DNA of 64,000 nucleotides from Candidatus Poribacteria bacterium. Lineage in GTDB: Bacteria > Poribacteria > WGA-4E > PCPOR2b. The notes under the pieces were generated by a model. It made no database searches, was not told the origin of the DNA, and worked only from the letters and a program-made list of their open reading frames with translations. Shown here piece by piece: positions 9,423-19,767 of the stretch; position 1 is the first letter of the stretch, and the number at the start of each line of letters is the position of its first letter. The DNA lies in the NCBI GenBank assembly GCA_965208675.1, contig OZ242351.1, positions 4,032,001-4,096,000 on the forward strand, in the 5' to 3' direction. The position numbers and the translations under genes were made by a program.

Positions 9423-10136
9423 ATGCAAACTGGAACACGATCCGACACATCCGAACCCGCCGAATACGACGAGGCTGTCCGTTTTAATCCAAACTCTGCC
9501 GAAGCCTATTTTAACAGGGGAAAAGCGAGGGCTACCCAAGATCAAGATCCGTCCGCAATTTTGGATTATGATGAGGCACTCCGTCTCAACCCGAATTTCG
9601 CCGAAGCCTATTTCCATCGGGGTTGTCTGAAAGACTTCCTAGCACCACGCGAGTCTATTCTCGCGGTTAGCCGTGCGTCATTCCGTTGCGCGATTGCAGA
9701 TTTTGACGAAGCCATACGACTAGGCCTTGAACTCTCCCTACTCTCTCACGCCTATTACAGACGAGGCCTAGCGAAATACAATTTGGACCAATATGAAGCC
9801 GCCATTCTCGATTTTGATGCAGCTCTCAGTCTTGACCCAAGCGATTCCGAAAGTATCGACGGACGCAAGGACGCGGAAGGCACGCTAAATTTCTATGAGG
9901 GTGGGATTGCTCGTATGGATGGAAGGATTAAGCAGAATCCTGATGACATCAGAACCCTCAAGATCCGGGGCGAAACACAAGGCTTTTTAGGACGCATGCA
10001 GGAAGCGAAATCAGATTTCCAGATCATTCTAAAACTCACTATGGAAACAGATGTCATAACAGAGATAGAACGGCACCTTCAAGAACTTGACAATCCCGAC
10101 TATTGGCAGCAATATAGCTGGCGGACCGAAGGTTAA
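9423..10136 (+). CDS. tetratricopeptide repeat protein
   Basis: repeated AEAYFNRG/AEAYFHRG/AYYRRG...AILDYDEALRLNP units; GGAG RBS. Confidence 0.85.
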   Translation: MQTGTRSDTSEPAEYDEAVRFNPNSAEAYFNRGKARATQDQDPSAILDYDEALRLNPNFAEAYFHRGCLKDFLAPRESILAVSRASFRCAIADFDEAIRLGLELSLLSHAYYRRGLAKYNLDQYEAAILDFDAALSLDPSDSESIDGRKDAEGTLNFYEGGIARMDGRIKQNPDDIRTLKIRGETQGFLGRMQEAKSDFQIILKLTMETDVITEIERHLQELDNPDYWQQYSWRTEG

Positions 10137-10147
10137 ATATAGATTTT

Positions 10148-10311
10148 GTAGGGTGGGTAGAGCGATCAACCGAGTGAAAAAACGAGGAGGATAGTCTTTC
10201 GAAATCATTGTAGGTTGGGTTAAGCGGGCTTGACGAAACAGTGTCGGTATGTCTGGAAGGATTGGTGGTTTGATGGCGTTGAAAATTTTATTACCCGCAG
10301 CGTAACCCAAC
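10148..10311. repeat. GTAG-type REP-like remnants
   Basis: GTAGGGTGGGTAGAGCG (10148), GTAGGTTGGGTTAAGCG (10210) and complementary arm GCGTAACCCAAC (10300-10311). Confidence 0.55.
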
Positions 10312-10377
10312 GCTTTTTGTTAATTGGGGTGTGTATCGTTTAGCCGTGCCGGTTTCGGTATACGAAAATCTTTTGGC

Positions 10378-11166
10378 TTATGATTCCCAGACAAAAACCT
10401 GTTTCTCGTAGATGATTTCAAATCCATTGCGCTCCAGATTCCTCAGCGATGTTTTAAGCATGGTGAGGGTTTCACTGCAGGCGATTCGGCATCCGAGTTC
10501 AGCGGCTCGATTCAGGCGCGCCTTTATGAGCGCATTCTGCCCGCCCTTTCCTCGGTGTTCTTCAGACGTGGCTGCCCAGCCTAGGTAAGCGGTATCATCG
10601 TGTATCCCTAGTATTGCAGCGCTTACGGGAGCGTGGTTTTCATATGCCAGAAAGTGTTCAAACCCAGGCAGATTAACGCTATCAAAGAAGAATGAACAAT
10701 CCCAGGGCTTGTAAATATGTCTGATTGCATCCGCGCGGTTTTCGACTTCTACCCCAGCGGCACGCTCAACTCTGAGACTGGTAGCGTGCGGCGCTACCAC
10801 CTCAACAGGACGACCTAGCGTGGGATACTCCGTACCTTGAAATGGCTTAAACCCTTTGTCTAGTAGCCACGTAACAATTTCATCTCGCTGGGGATTTGGA
10901 CTAACCCAAAAAAAGAATCGCTCAATTTTCGATTCTTCCATTGTGTTCAGGATCTTCAAGAAATCGGTCTGGGAAACCTCCGCACCGCACCCGAAATATT
11001 GTACGGCGTTGCCGTTGGCTGAAGGATACGGCGACGATGCTGAAGACGGATCAATCGTAACAATAGCGTTCCCAATATTACGACACCGCTGGTTACCCGA
11101 CCTTGAACAGTGGCATTCTTCCCGTTTAAAAACCTTGAGACGCTTGGCAATCTCATAAGTCGTCAT
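10378..11166 (-). CDS. GNAT family N-acetyltransferase
   Basis: C-terminal AYLGWAATSEEHRGKGGQNALIKARL...SLRNLERNGF; start set at ATG 11166 overlapping the VOC stop. Confidence 0.8.
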   Translation of the reverse strand: MTTYEIAKRLKVFKREECHCSRSGNQRCRNIGNAIVTIDPSSASSPYPSANGNAVQYFGCGAEVSQTDFLKILNTMEESKIERFFFWVSPNPQRDEIVTWLLDKGFKPFQGTEYPTLGRPVEVVAPHATSLRVERAAGVEVENRADAIRHIYKPWDCSFFFDSVNLPGFEHFLAYENHAPVSAAILGIHDDTAYLGWAATSEEHRGKGGQNALIKARLNRAAELGCRIACSETLTMLKTSLRNLERNGFEIIYEKQVFVWES

Positions 11167-11551
11167 TTTGTTTATCGATTGGGCTTTCAAAAGACAACCG
11201 GTAGCCATCGGGATCTTTGAAATAAAAGACATCCATGTTATTTCCAACGAAAATTTCGCCTACTTGAATACCGCGCGCTTTGAATTCTCGGTGCGCCGCC
11301 TTGGCATCATCACAAATGAAGTATAACGTAAACCCACCCCTAAGATTCGCGGGAGATTCGCCCTGAAGTTTTTCCAGCATCATCGCGCTATCGTCGCGCT
11401 GCAGCCAGCACCACCGCAACTCGCCGTCCTTTACCCACTTGTGCCGCATTTCGAACCCGAGGCCGTCCACGTAGAATGCCACTGATCTTTCCATATTCGC
11501 AACGGTGAATAGGGGGACTGCCTGTGTAATTCTGAACCTTGATGATTTCGT
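11153..11551 (-). CDS. VOC/glyoxalase family protein
   Basis: AVPLFTVANMERSVAFYVDGLGF...FYFKDPDGYRLSF; probable ACG start at 11551 after AGGAG (ORF track starts at 11494). Confidence 0.85.
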   Translation of the reverse strand, partial: TKSSRFRITQAVPLFTVANMERSVAFYVDGLGFEMRHKWVKDGELRWCWLQRDDSAMMLEKLQGESPANLRGGFTLYFICDDAKAAHREFKARGIQVGEIFVGNNMDVFYFKDPDGYRLSFESPIDKQNDDL

Positions 11552-11664
11552 GACCTTCTCCTAATGTGTTTTAGGTTATTGAGTTTCATTTGAATCAGTC
11601 GCGAATTGGCGCGCTTTTGCCCGATCCGGGTTCGTTTGTGATACAGGTAAGACCAGATTAGACT

Positions 11665-13158
11665 TCAGAGTATGTACTTACTCAAATCCTGATCCTTAAC
11701 AACTTCCGCTAACTGGTTGCTGACATAATCCGCATCAATTTTAATATCTCTCTCTTCAATGCTGGGGGCGTTGAAAGACAGGTCATCAAACAGCCTTTCC
11801 ATGATGGTATGTAAACGGCGTGCGCCAATGTCCTCAACCGACTCATTGACTTGAAACGCTAGTGCCGCGATTTCGTCAATCGCGTCTTCAGTGATACAAA
11901 CCTCAACATCCTCCGTTTTCAACATTGCGATGTATTGTTTCTCCAGTGCATTTTTCGGCTCGGTGAGAATCCGTTTAAAGTCGTGCTGATCCAAACTTTT
12001 GAGCTCGACCCGAATCGGGAAACGTCCCTGCAGTTCCGGAATCAAATCCGACGGTTTGGATGCGTGAAAGGCACCCGCAGCGATGAATAAGACGTGATCA
12101 GTGCGCACCATGCCGTACTTTGTCGCTATCGTGCTTCCTTCAATTATCGGTAGGATGTCGCGTTGAACCCCTTCGCGTGAAACATCTGGTCCAGATTTCG
12201 ATTCGCGTCCAGCAATTTTATCAATCTCATCCAGAAACACAATTCCCGAATTCTCGACTCGCCCGATAGCTTCCCCCACAACCTTATCCATATCAATCAA
12301 CTTTTCCGCTTCCTCCTGCATAAGAATGTGGCGCGCTTCATCGACTGTTACGCGGCGTTTCTTCACCTTTTTGGGTAGAAAGCTGCCGAACATATCCTTA
12401 AAGTTGATGTCCATCTCTTCGATACCCGATGGAGAAAAAATTTCAATAAAGGGAACAGATTGGTTCTTCACGCTAATCTCTACCGGTTTATCTTCTAGTT
12501 TGCCGTCTCGAAGCATCTTTCGAAATTTCTCTCGCGTCCGCAAGTACCTAGTTTTCTCTTGTTCACTGACGGCCTCTTCTTGCTCCGGTTCAATCTCCTC
12601 GCTATCAGCAAGTTCCAAGTCGAATGTCAACGTTTCAGTGTCTTCCCCTTCCTCATCAGTTAAATCAGCATCTTCTTCAACGGACTTCTGCTTCTTTATC
12701 GCACGAGGCGGTGGCAACAGACAATCCAATAGCCGGTCTTCTACCAGTTCCAACGCCTTCTCCTTGACAGCATCGGTTTGTTCAGCTCTGACCATGTTGA
12801 TTGCCAAATCCGTTAAGTCCCGAATCATGGACTCGACATCTCGTCCGACGTAGCCGACTTCCGTGTATTTTGAGGCTTCGACCTTAATGAAAGGGGCGTC
12901 AACCAAACGCGCCAAGCGTCGGGCAATTTCAGTTTTACCAATTCCGGTGGAACCAATCATGATGATGTTTTTCGGTGCAACTTCATCCCGCATATCCTCT
13001 TCAAGCATCTGTCGTCGAGCCCGGTTGCGGAGGGCAATTGCTACCGCGCGTTTCGCTTCGGACTGCCCGATTATATATTTATCAAGCTCTTCTACAATCT
13101 GTTTTGGCGTGAGTGCATCTGCTAGTGTTTTCTTGGATGAAAGTGACGGTGTCTCCAA
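11665..13158 (-). CDS. hslU: ATP-dependent protease ATPase subunit HslU
   Basis: [45 protein letters not shown]; TTG start after GGAGG. Confidence 0.96.
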   Translation of the reverse strand: METPSLSSKKTLADALTPKQIVEELDKYIIGQSEAKRAVAIALRNRARRQMLEEDMRDEVAPKNIIMIGSTGIGKTEIARRLARLVDAPFIKVEASKYTEVGYVGRDVESMIRDLTDLAINMVRAEQTDAVKEKALELVEDRLLDCLLPPPRAIKKQKSVEEDADLTDEEGEDTETLTFDLELADSEEIEPEQEEAVSEQEKTRYLRTREKFRKMLRDGKLEDKPVEISVKNQSVPFIEIFSPSGIEEMDINFKDMFGSFLPKKVKKRRVTVDEARHILMQEEAEKLIDMDKVVGEAIGRVENSGIVFLDEIDKIAGRESKSGPDVSREGVQRDILPIIEGSTIATKYGMVRTDHVLFIAAGAFHASKPSDLIPELQGRFPIRVELKSLDQHDFKRILTEPKNALEKQYIAMLKTEDVEVCITEDAIDEIAALAFQVNESVEDIGARRLHTIMERLFDDLSFNAPSIEERDIKIDADYVSNQLAEVVKDQDLSKYIL

Positions 13159-13266
13159 ATGTGAACCTCCAGTTTCTTCTTTAGTTTTGGGGTGCCAGCG
13201 CAAATGTTGTCGGGGGTTTTCTCGCTGAAACTATGTGAGCGCTTAGGTTAAACTAGTGAATAGTCG

Positions 13267-13806
13267 CTAAACGTCAATTGACTCAATCTCAATCTGGCTG
13301 TTGGTATAAATGCAGATATCGCTTGTAATCTTCATAGCTTCCTCGACAATCTGCGCGGCAGTGAAATCAGTGTGGTTCAATAAGGCTTTAGCGGCTGCTA
13401 TTGCAATCGACCCGCCCGATCCAATCGCTAAAGTCCCATCGTCGGGTGAGATTACGTCCCCGCCGCCCGAAAGTAGAAATGCCCCATCGGCGTCCACGGC
13501 AATCATCAACGCATCAATGCGTCTGAGAACTCGATCGCTTCGCCAATCCCTCGCTAGCTCGACAGCCGCTCTCCGCAGATTTCCGCGATACTGTTCCAAC
13601 TTATTCTCCAACTTCTCATAAAGCGCAAGCGCATCGGATGCCGATCCGGCAAATCCCAAAAGGACGCGGTCGTTATATACTTTACGAATTTTTTTCGCGC
13701 CGTGTTTAACAGCAATATCCCCCAAGGTCACCTGTCCATCGCCGCCGATTGCCACCTGTTTACCACGGCGTACACTCAAAATGGTTGTTGATTTAATCTT
13801 TTGCAT
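13267..13806 (-). CDS. hslV: ATP-dependent protease subunit HslV
   Basis: STTILSV...GDGQVTLG, GFAGS, AIGSGG, DICIYTN. Confidence 0.96.
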   Translation of the reverse strand: MQKIKSTTILSVRRGKQVAIGGDGQVTLGDIAVKHGAKKIRKVYNDRVLLGFAGSASDALALYEKLENKLEQYRGNLRRAAVELARDWRSDRVLRRIDALMIAVDADGAFLLSGGGDVISPDDGTLAIGSGGSIAIAAAKALLNHTDFTAAQIVEEAMKITSDICIYTNSQIEIESIDV

Positions 13807-13811
13807 AAGTC

Positions 13812-14480
13812 TTAGAAATAATAAAACAGTAAAAAACCGAATAGTTGCAATGCGCCCATACAAAGCCCGCATCGGAGTCCAGCCACAATCAGGTTTTGTC
13901 CTCGGAAGTAATACGGGGATAGCAAAAAGGTCAACGAAAGCGCCATTGGGACAAAGGCTGGAATGGTGCCGACAAAAGGAGAATTCTCAAGGTAACTCGC
14001 GTTCCAGTTCCACAATCGGGCAGACCCGAGCCGATCAAAAACAACGCTGCTAAGAAAAACGGCACCGGCTGTAATCACTGCCGCGATATAGGGGTATCTC
14101 CACTTCAAACTGAGACGGTGATAAACGTAAATAGTTACGCTTAAAGCTATCAAACAAGTCAATAGCAAACTCAACGGAACAGTGGGCACCCGAATATCGT
14201 TCAGACTCAGGTAGAAAATCAGATGTTCTTGGTGAACTTTCTGTGAAATATACCAGTCTAACGGCAGGTATATAATTAAGGATATCGCACTTGCAACCAT
14301 GCTGCGCGACAAATTTGACGATTCATCCCACCTCCGGAGCGCAAAACCGAACACACCGGATATTATCAGCACGTTCAAATAGAGCAGCCAAATCGACCCT
14401 AGTTTGGCGTTAATCAGAAACGTCAAAAAGGTCGTGGTAGACGCAATAATGACAGTCTTGTCTGTTTGAGTAATTGCCAT
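13812..14480 (-). CDS. hypothetical multi-pass membrane protein
   Basis: several hydrophobic segments; ends 5 bp before hslV. Confidence 0.7.
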   Translation of the reverse strand: MAITQTDKTVIIASTTTFLTFLINAKLGSIWLLYLNVLIISGVFGFALRRWDESSNLSRSMVASAISLIIYLPLDWYISQKVHQEHLIFYLSLNDIRVPTVPLSLLLTCLIALSVTIYVYHRLSLKWRYPYIAAVITAGAVFLSSVVFDRLGSARLWNWNASYLENSPFVGTIPAFVPMALSLTFLLSPYYFRGQNLIVAGLRCGLCMGALQLFGFLLFYYF

Positions 14481-14527
14481 TGTGGCTGAAACGCAAATTT
14501 GTGCAGATTGCCAACCGAGATAGTTAC

Positions 14528-14556
14528 ATTATACCGTGAAGCCCTCTTTGCCGCAA
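14528..14556 (-). promoter_or_regulatory. promoter of membrane protein-hslVU
   Basis: TTGCGG-17 bp-TATAAT on minus strand. Confidence 0.5.
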
Positions 14557-14747
14557 GTCCTAAATCAGATAGGGATCGCCATTTGCCGCATCGCTTCTAG
14601 CGGTAACACATCCTAACTACATGATTCTCACCCTGTGTCAATCTATCCCGACGGTGTCGGACCGTAGCCGATTGGCAATAAGCTGATTATAGCAAAGATT
14701 CCGCATCGCACGCAAATGAAACTGCAGGCTTAGTCTTTGAAACACGG

Positions 14748-14776
14748 TTGAATTCCACTTCTAGATGCAGTATAAT
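14748..14776 (+). promoter_or_regulatory. sigma70-type promoter
   Basis: TTGAAT-17 bp-TATAAT. Confidence 0.6.
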
Positions 14777-14831
14777 TATGAGGCAAATTCTCTCAATCTT
14801 CGTTCTTTAATTCTAATCCAATCTGTCTTAA

Positions 14832-15140
14832 ATGGGAACGGTTATGTATCTCGCTTTCGCGGCAGATAAACAGAATTTCGAACCTTTCGAAATTTCTCGA
14901 ACATTACGAGGACAACTTCACTACTTTACTGAGGGTGAGATTCGGAACAGTGAAAAACCCAACGACTATTTTTTCCCGCTCGAGCGCACCGCAGAACTGC
15001 TTGATACGGGCGTATTTTATCTCGTTTCGCCGCTCGACGATAGAAATCGCGCAGAAATTGAAATTACAGCGGAGCAAGAGGATTTTTTGGCGTGGCTCGT
15101 ATCAAATCAGATTGAACGGATACACGTTACAGAAGCATAA
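14832..15140 (+). CDS. hypothetical protein
   Basis: 102-aa globular-looking ORF downstream of a consensus promoter. Confidence 0.7.
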   Translation: MGTVMYLAFAADKQNFEPFEISRTLRGQLHYFTEGEIRNSEKPNDYFFPLERTAELLDTGVFYLVSPLDDRNRAEIEITAEQEDFLAWLVSNQIERIHVTEA

Positions 15141-15178
15141 ATGTCTGGATTTGGTGTTCCTGTGTGGAGAGGAATTTT

Positions 15179-16138
15179 ATGGCGTGTTATTTGGTCACGG
15201 GCGGTTGTGGCTTCATCGCCTCTCATCTGGTTGAGGCATTGGTAAAACGAAATGAACAAGTTCGTGTATTCGATAACTGTACAACCGGCGCAACCGATAA
15301 CATAGAGGCGGTAAAGAATCAGATTGAGTTTATCAATGGAGATTTGAGGGATTGCGAAGCCGTACGTAAGGCTGTTGACGGAGTCGATTATATTATGCAC
15401 CAAGGGGCATTGCCCTCCGTTGCGAGATCTGTCGCAAACCCTATCCGCAGCAACGATGTGAACATCGGTGGAACATTGAATATCCTTGTTGCTGCGAGGG
15501 ATGCAGGTGTGAAGCGTGTTGTTTATGCAGGATCCTCATCTTCTTATGGAAATATAACTGTACTTCCCCGATCTGAAAACCTTCCGTCCCAACCAGCTTC
15601 ACCATATGCGCTCTCCAAATACGTTGGAGAGTGTTATTGCCGAATCTTTACCGAAATTTACGGTCTTGAAACTGTTGCATTGAGATATTTCAATATCTTT
15701 GGTCCCCGCCAAAATCCAAACTCCCCATATTCTGCTGTCATTCCTCGCTTTATCAGTGCCGGTTTAAACGGCAATCCCCCAACGATTGATGGAGACGGAG
15801 AACAATCGAGAGATTTTACTTATGTTGCAAATGCCGTTCATGCAAATCTCCTCGCTTGTCACGCTGAAGCCGCAGTTGGTACCGTCATTAACATCGGGTG
15901 CGGAGAGCAAACATCAATCAACCGGCTTGCCGCGCTCATCGGTGAGTTGATGGAGCTTGAAATCCAACCCGTATATGCACCGCCGCGGGTTGGCGATGTT
16001 CGGCATTCGCGCGCGGACATCAGCAAAGCCCAGCGGCTGCTGGGCTATCAACCGTGCGTCAGTATTAAAGCCGGATTGCAAAAAACTATTGATTGGTTTC
16101 GGCGCAAAACTCTCGCTTCAAACTTAACGGCTGGATAA
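15179..16138 (+). CDS. NAD-dependent nucleotide-sugar epimerase/dehydratase (SDR)
   Basis: LVTGGCGFIASH, SPYALSK, RYFNIFGPRQ, RDFTYV. Confidence 0.93.
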   Translation: MACYLVTGGCGFIASHLVEALVKRNEQVRVFDNCTTGATDNIEAVKNQIEFINGDLRDCEAVRKAVDGVDYIMHQGALPSVARSVANPIRSNDVNIGGTLNILVAARDAGVKRVVYAGSSSSYGNITVLPRSENLPSQPASPYALSKYVGECYCRIFTEIYGLETVALRYFNIFGPRQNPNSPYSAVIPRFISAGLNGNPPTIDGDGEQSRDFTYVANAVHANLLACHAEAAVGTVINIGCGEQTSINRLAALIGELMELEIQPVYAPPRVGDVRHSRADISKAQRLLGYQPCVSIKAGLQKTIDWFRRKTLASNLTAG

Positions 16139-16215
16139 GTCGTCTATAGCAAGCATGGTGCGTTCTTGGCATAAAGTGCCGTCCACGCTTTTTTAAGGTA
16201 TTTACCATAAAAAAC

Positions 16216-16245
16216 TTGAAAAAATACGCCTGCCTGTGTTATCAT
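16216..16245 (+). promoter_or_regulatory. promoter upstream of moaA
   Basis: TTGAAA-18 bp-TATCAT with extended TG. Confidence 0.45.
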
Positions 16246-16296
16246 ACCTGCGCAATCTAAAACAAACGATGTTTTCTTGAAATCGCCGTTTTTATA

Positions 16297-17295
16297 ATGA
16301 TGAATACCCAGTTAATTGACCGTTTCGATAGAATTCATACTAACCTACGCATTTCCGTGACAGATAAGTGTAACTTGCGCTGCATCTACTGTATGCCAGA
16401 AGACATGAAGTTCATGGAAGATGAAGGCATTATGAGTTTTGATGAAATTGTCTACTTGACCCGTCTTTTCGTTGAACTAGGAGTTAATAAAATTCGGATT
16501 ACAGGCGGTGAACCGCTAGTCCGTCCTGGGGTGCCATTACTCATTAGGCAACTGAAGAAAATTGAAGGCATAAAGGATGTTAGCTTGACAACCAATGGCA
16601 TCGGTTTAGCCAAGCAAGCAAAGGAGTTATTTGATGCCGGATTGCGCCGTATCAACGTCAGCCTTGATACACTGAACGAAGAGAAATTTGAGCAAATGAC
16701 GCGGCGCAAAATGCTTGCAAAGACGCTTGAGGGACTCAAAGAAGCGCAGCGTTGCGGATTCAATCCCATAAAAGTGAATGCTGTTGCAATGCGGGGATTT
16801 ACCGATGACGAAATTGTTGACCTCGCTAAATTTGCTCGTGAAAATACCTATCAACTACGGTTTATTGAATTTATGCCTTTAGATGCAGACGACATTTGGG
16901 GGCGGAACAAGTTTATTCCGGGCAAAACGCTAATTAGTAAAATTAATGAAATCTATCCACTAACACCTGTTAACACTAATGGAGATGGGAAACATGAGCC
17001 GGCGGCGCGCTATCGTTTTGTAGATGGTGGCGGCGAAATCGGGGTCATCGCTTCGGTAAGCGAACCATTTTGTGACCAGTGTAATCGCATCCGTCTCACC
17101 GCCGACGGAAAATTCCGTGCCTGCCTCTTTTCGCTTACAGAAACCGATCTGTTGACGCCGTTGCGCGCAGGATTGCCCAAGAAGAAACTCGCGAATCTCA
17201 TTGTTGACGCCGTAAAACAGAAGGAAGCAGGACATAAAATCAATTCAGCAGACTTTGTAAAACCTTCGCGCAATATGTCCATGATTGGTGGGTAG
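16297..17295 (+). CDS. moaA: GTP 3',8-cyclase (radical SAM)
   Basis: CNLRCIYC, FCDQCNRIRLTADG...CL, C-terminal MSMIGG. Confidence 0.96.
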   Translation: MMNTQLIDRFDRIHTNLRISVTDKCNLRCIYCMPEDMKFMEDEGIMSFDEIVYLTRLFVELGVNKIRITGGEPLVRPGVPLLIRQLKKIEGIKDVSLTTNGIGLAKQAKELFDAGLRRINVSLDTLNEEKFEQMTRRKMLAKTLEGLKEAQRCGFNPIKVNAVAMRGFTDDEIVDLAKFARENTYQLRFIEFMPLDADDIWGRNKFIPGKTLISKINEIYPLTPVNTNGDGKHEPAARYRFVDGGGEIGVIASVSEPFCDQCNRIRLTADGKFRACLFSLTETDLLTPLRAGLPKKKLANLIVDAVKQKEAGHKINSADFVKPSRNMSMIGG

Positions 17296-17412
17296 CGGCA
17301 GCACGAAAGGAACCATGTTATTAAACGCTCGGTTTCAATAATGGTGTGCTGTGACCTGGTCTTGCTTTTCACAAGCCTCTAGCCACTGATTTAAGGAGTT
17401 TAACGAACGATA

Positions 17413-18198
17413 ATGAGCAACAATTTAGTCATTGAAAATTTGCACATCAGCGTGGAAGGTCAACCCATTATCAAGGGTCTAAATTTGGCGGTCAAACAGG
17501 GAGAGATTCACGCACTTATGGGACCGAATGGTTCCGGCAAAAGTACGCTTGCAAACGCACTCATGGGGCATCCATTCTACGAAGTAGATTCCGGTGAAGT
17601 CACTTTTGATGGTGAAGACATTCTCGGCTTGGAACCGAATGAACGCGCAAGGCTTGGTCTTTTTTTGGCATTTCAATATCCGACCGCGGTGCCCGGTGTG
17701 AGTATGGCGAATTTCCTCCGCATGGCCGTCAGCGCGGTGCGAGCTGAAAATTCAAACGGCGGCGAAACGACAGAACTCATTCCAATGCGCGAATTTCGGC
17801 GGGAATTGCGCGATAAAATGAAACGGCTCGGCATAGATGAATCGTTCGCCCGCCGCTATCTCAACGACGGGTTTTCAGGCGGTGAGAAGAAACGAGCTGA
17901 GGTTTTGCAACTGGCAATGCTTGAACCAAAGATTGCAATTCTTGACGAGACGGATTCTGGATTAGATATTGACGCCGTGCGTATCGTTGGTGAAAGCGTA
18001 AGCCAATTGATCGGATCAGAGTTAGGCGTCTTAATCATTACCCACTATCCGCGTCTCCTCAACTATATCCGTCCGGAATTCGTACATATTCTTCTGGACG
18101 GCAAAATTGTGGAATCAGGCGGATGGGAACTCGCCCAACTTTTGGAAGATGAAGGATACGACCCAATACGTGAGAAATACGGAATCGCACCGCAATAA
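17413..18198 (+). CDS. sufC: Fe-S cluster assembly ATPase SufC
   Basis: GPNGSGKST, FSGGEKKR, LDETDSGLDID. Confidence 0.96.
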   Translation: MSNNLVIENLHISVEGQPIIKGLNLAVKQGEIHALMGPNGSGKSTLANALMGHPFYEVDSGEVTFDGEDILGLEPNERARLGLFLAFQYPTAVPGVSMANFLRMAVSAVRAENSNGGETTELIPMREFRRELRDKMKRLGIDESFARRYLNDGFSGGEKKRAEVLQLAMLEPKIAILDETDSGLDIDAVRIVGESVSQLIGSELGVLIITHYPRLLNYIRPEFVHILLDGKIVESGGWELAQLLEDEGYDPIREKYGIAPQ

Positions 18199-18228
18199 TC
18201 CATAACCAGTAATATGTAACAAATTTAA

Positions 18229-18277
18229 TTACGCTTTACTCATTACTCATTACTCATTACGCCTTACTCCTTACCCC
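18229..18277 (+). repeat. heptamer tandem repeat (TTACNCN)x7
   Basis: TTACGCT TTACTCA TTACTCA TTACTCA TTACGCC TTACTCC TTACCCC. Confidence 0.85.
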
Positions 18278-18293
18278 AACGAAAGGACAAAAC

Positions 18294-19712
18294 ATGGCAG
18301 CACCCAATACGCAAATTCAAGAAAATCTTAACGTGGACAGCGAATATAAGTACGGGTTTCATGATGACATTAAACCCGTCTTCAAATCTCGCAAGGGCAT
18401 AGATGCTGAAATCATAAACCAGATGTGCGATGTCAAAGATGAACCTGACTGGATGCGCCAATATCGGCTGAATGCTTATGAAATCTTTAAACAAAAGCCG
18501 ATGATTAAGTGGGGCGGCGATCTCTCTCAACTCGACTTCGATGACATATACTATTACGTCAAAGCTTCTGATCGCAGTGAACGCAGTTGGGATGACGTTC
18601 CCGATGACATCAAGAAAACCTTTGATCGGCTCGGTATCCCCGAAGCTGAGCGGAAGTTCCTCGCCGGCGTCGGTGCGCAATATGACTCGGAAGTTGTCTA
18701 TCACAACATTGAGGAAGAACTGGATAAGATTGGTGTGGTCTTTGTCGATACTGACACGGCCGTTCGCGAATATCCCGATCTTGTTAAAGAATATTTCGGG
18801 ACTGTTATCCCGTCAGCGGATAACCAGTTTGCCGCACTTAACAGCGCTGTCTGGAGTGGCGGCAGCTTCATCTATGTTCCGCCCGGTGTGAAGGTCGATT
18901 ATCCACTGCAAGCATATTTCCGAATCAACACCGAAAACATGGGGCAGTTTGAACGAACGCTGATTATTGCAGACGAAGGTGCTCAAGTTCACTACGTAGA
19001 AGGTTGCACAGCCCCCACATACTCCAGCGAGTCGCTGCACAGCGCCGTTGTCGAGATTATCTGCAAGAAAGGGTCGCGTGTCCGCTACACCACAATCCAG
19101 AACTGGGCAAATAACGTGTATAACCTTGTTACTAAGCGAGCTGTCGCATACGAAGACGCCCACATGGAATGGATCGATGGAAACTTAGGTTCCAAGCTGA
19201 CAATGAAGTACCCTAGCGTTTATATGAAGGGCAAAGGCGCGCATGGCGAGATTCTCTCAATCGCTTTTGCGAGCAAGGGGCAGCATCAGGATGCAGGGGG
19301 GAAAGTCATTCATTGCGCGCCTAACACGACTTCGCGCATCACCTCTAAATCGATAAGCAAGGACGGTGGGCGTTCTAGCTATCGCGGCGAACTCAAAGTC
19401 CTTAAGGGCGCAAGCCAGTGTAAATCTAACGTTGTTTGCGATGCCCTCATCCTTGATGAGGAGTCTCAATCTGACACCTATCCGGTCATCGAAATTGGCG
19501 AAAATGATGTGAGTATTGGACATGAAGCGCGAGTCAGCAAGATTGGAGAGGAGCAGTTATTCTATCTCATGAGCCGCGGACTTTCCGAAGAGGAGGCCTC
19601 GACGATGATTGTAAATGGGTTTATCGAACCGCTCGTTAAGGAACTTCCGATGGAATATGCGGTGGAGATGAACCGGCTAATCCAACTTCAGATGGAAGGG
19701 TCGGTTGGATAG
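18294..19712 (+). CDS. sufB: Fe-S cluster assembly protein SufB
   Basis: [39 protein letters not shown]. Confidence 0.97.
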   Translation: MAAPNTQIQENLNVDSEYKYGFHDDIKPVFKSRKGIDAEIINQMCDVKDEPDWMRQYRLNAYEIFKQKPMIKWGGDLSQLDFDDIYYYVKASDRSERSWDDVPDDIKKTFDRLGIPEAERKFLAGVGAQYDSEVVYHNIEEELDKIGVVFVDTDTAVREYPDLVKEYFGTVIPSADNQFAALNSAVWSGGSFIYVPPGVKVDYPLQAYFRINTENMGQFERTLIIADEGAQVHYVEGCTAPTYSSESLHSAVVEIICKKGSRVRYTTIQNWANNVYNLVTKRAVAYEDAHMEWIDGNLGSKLTMKYPSVYMKGKGAHGEILSIAFASKGQHQDAGGKVIHCAPNTTSRITSKSISKDGGRSSYRGELKVLKGASQCKSNVVCDALILDEESQSDTYPVIEIGENDVSIGHEARVSKIGEEQLFYLMSRGLSEEEASTMIVNGFIEPLVKELPMEYAVEMNRLIQLQMEGSVG

Positions 19713-19767
19713 AAGCAGTCTAAAACAATTACGGGTAACTGGCCGCCGCTTTAAATAGGAGACGGAA

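Noticed and set aside
12326-12853. 175-aa antisense ORF in hslU, and similar shadow ORFs in suf, rpoBC and ispG
   Set aside because: Opposite-strand shadows of conserved genes with no recognisable motifs
18294-19712. Intein in SufB
   Set aside because: Normal length and no splice motifs
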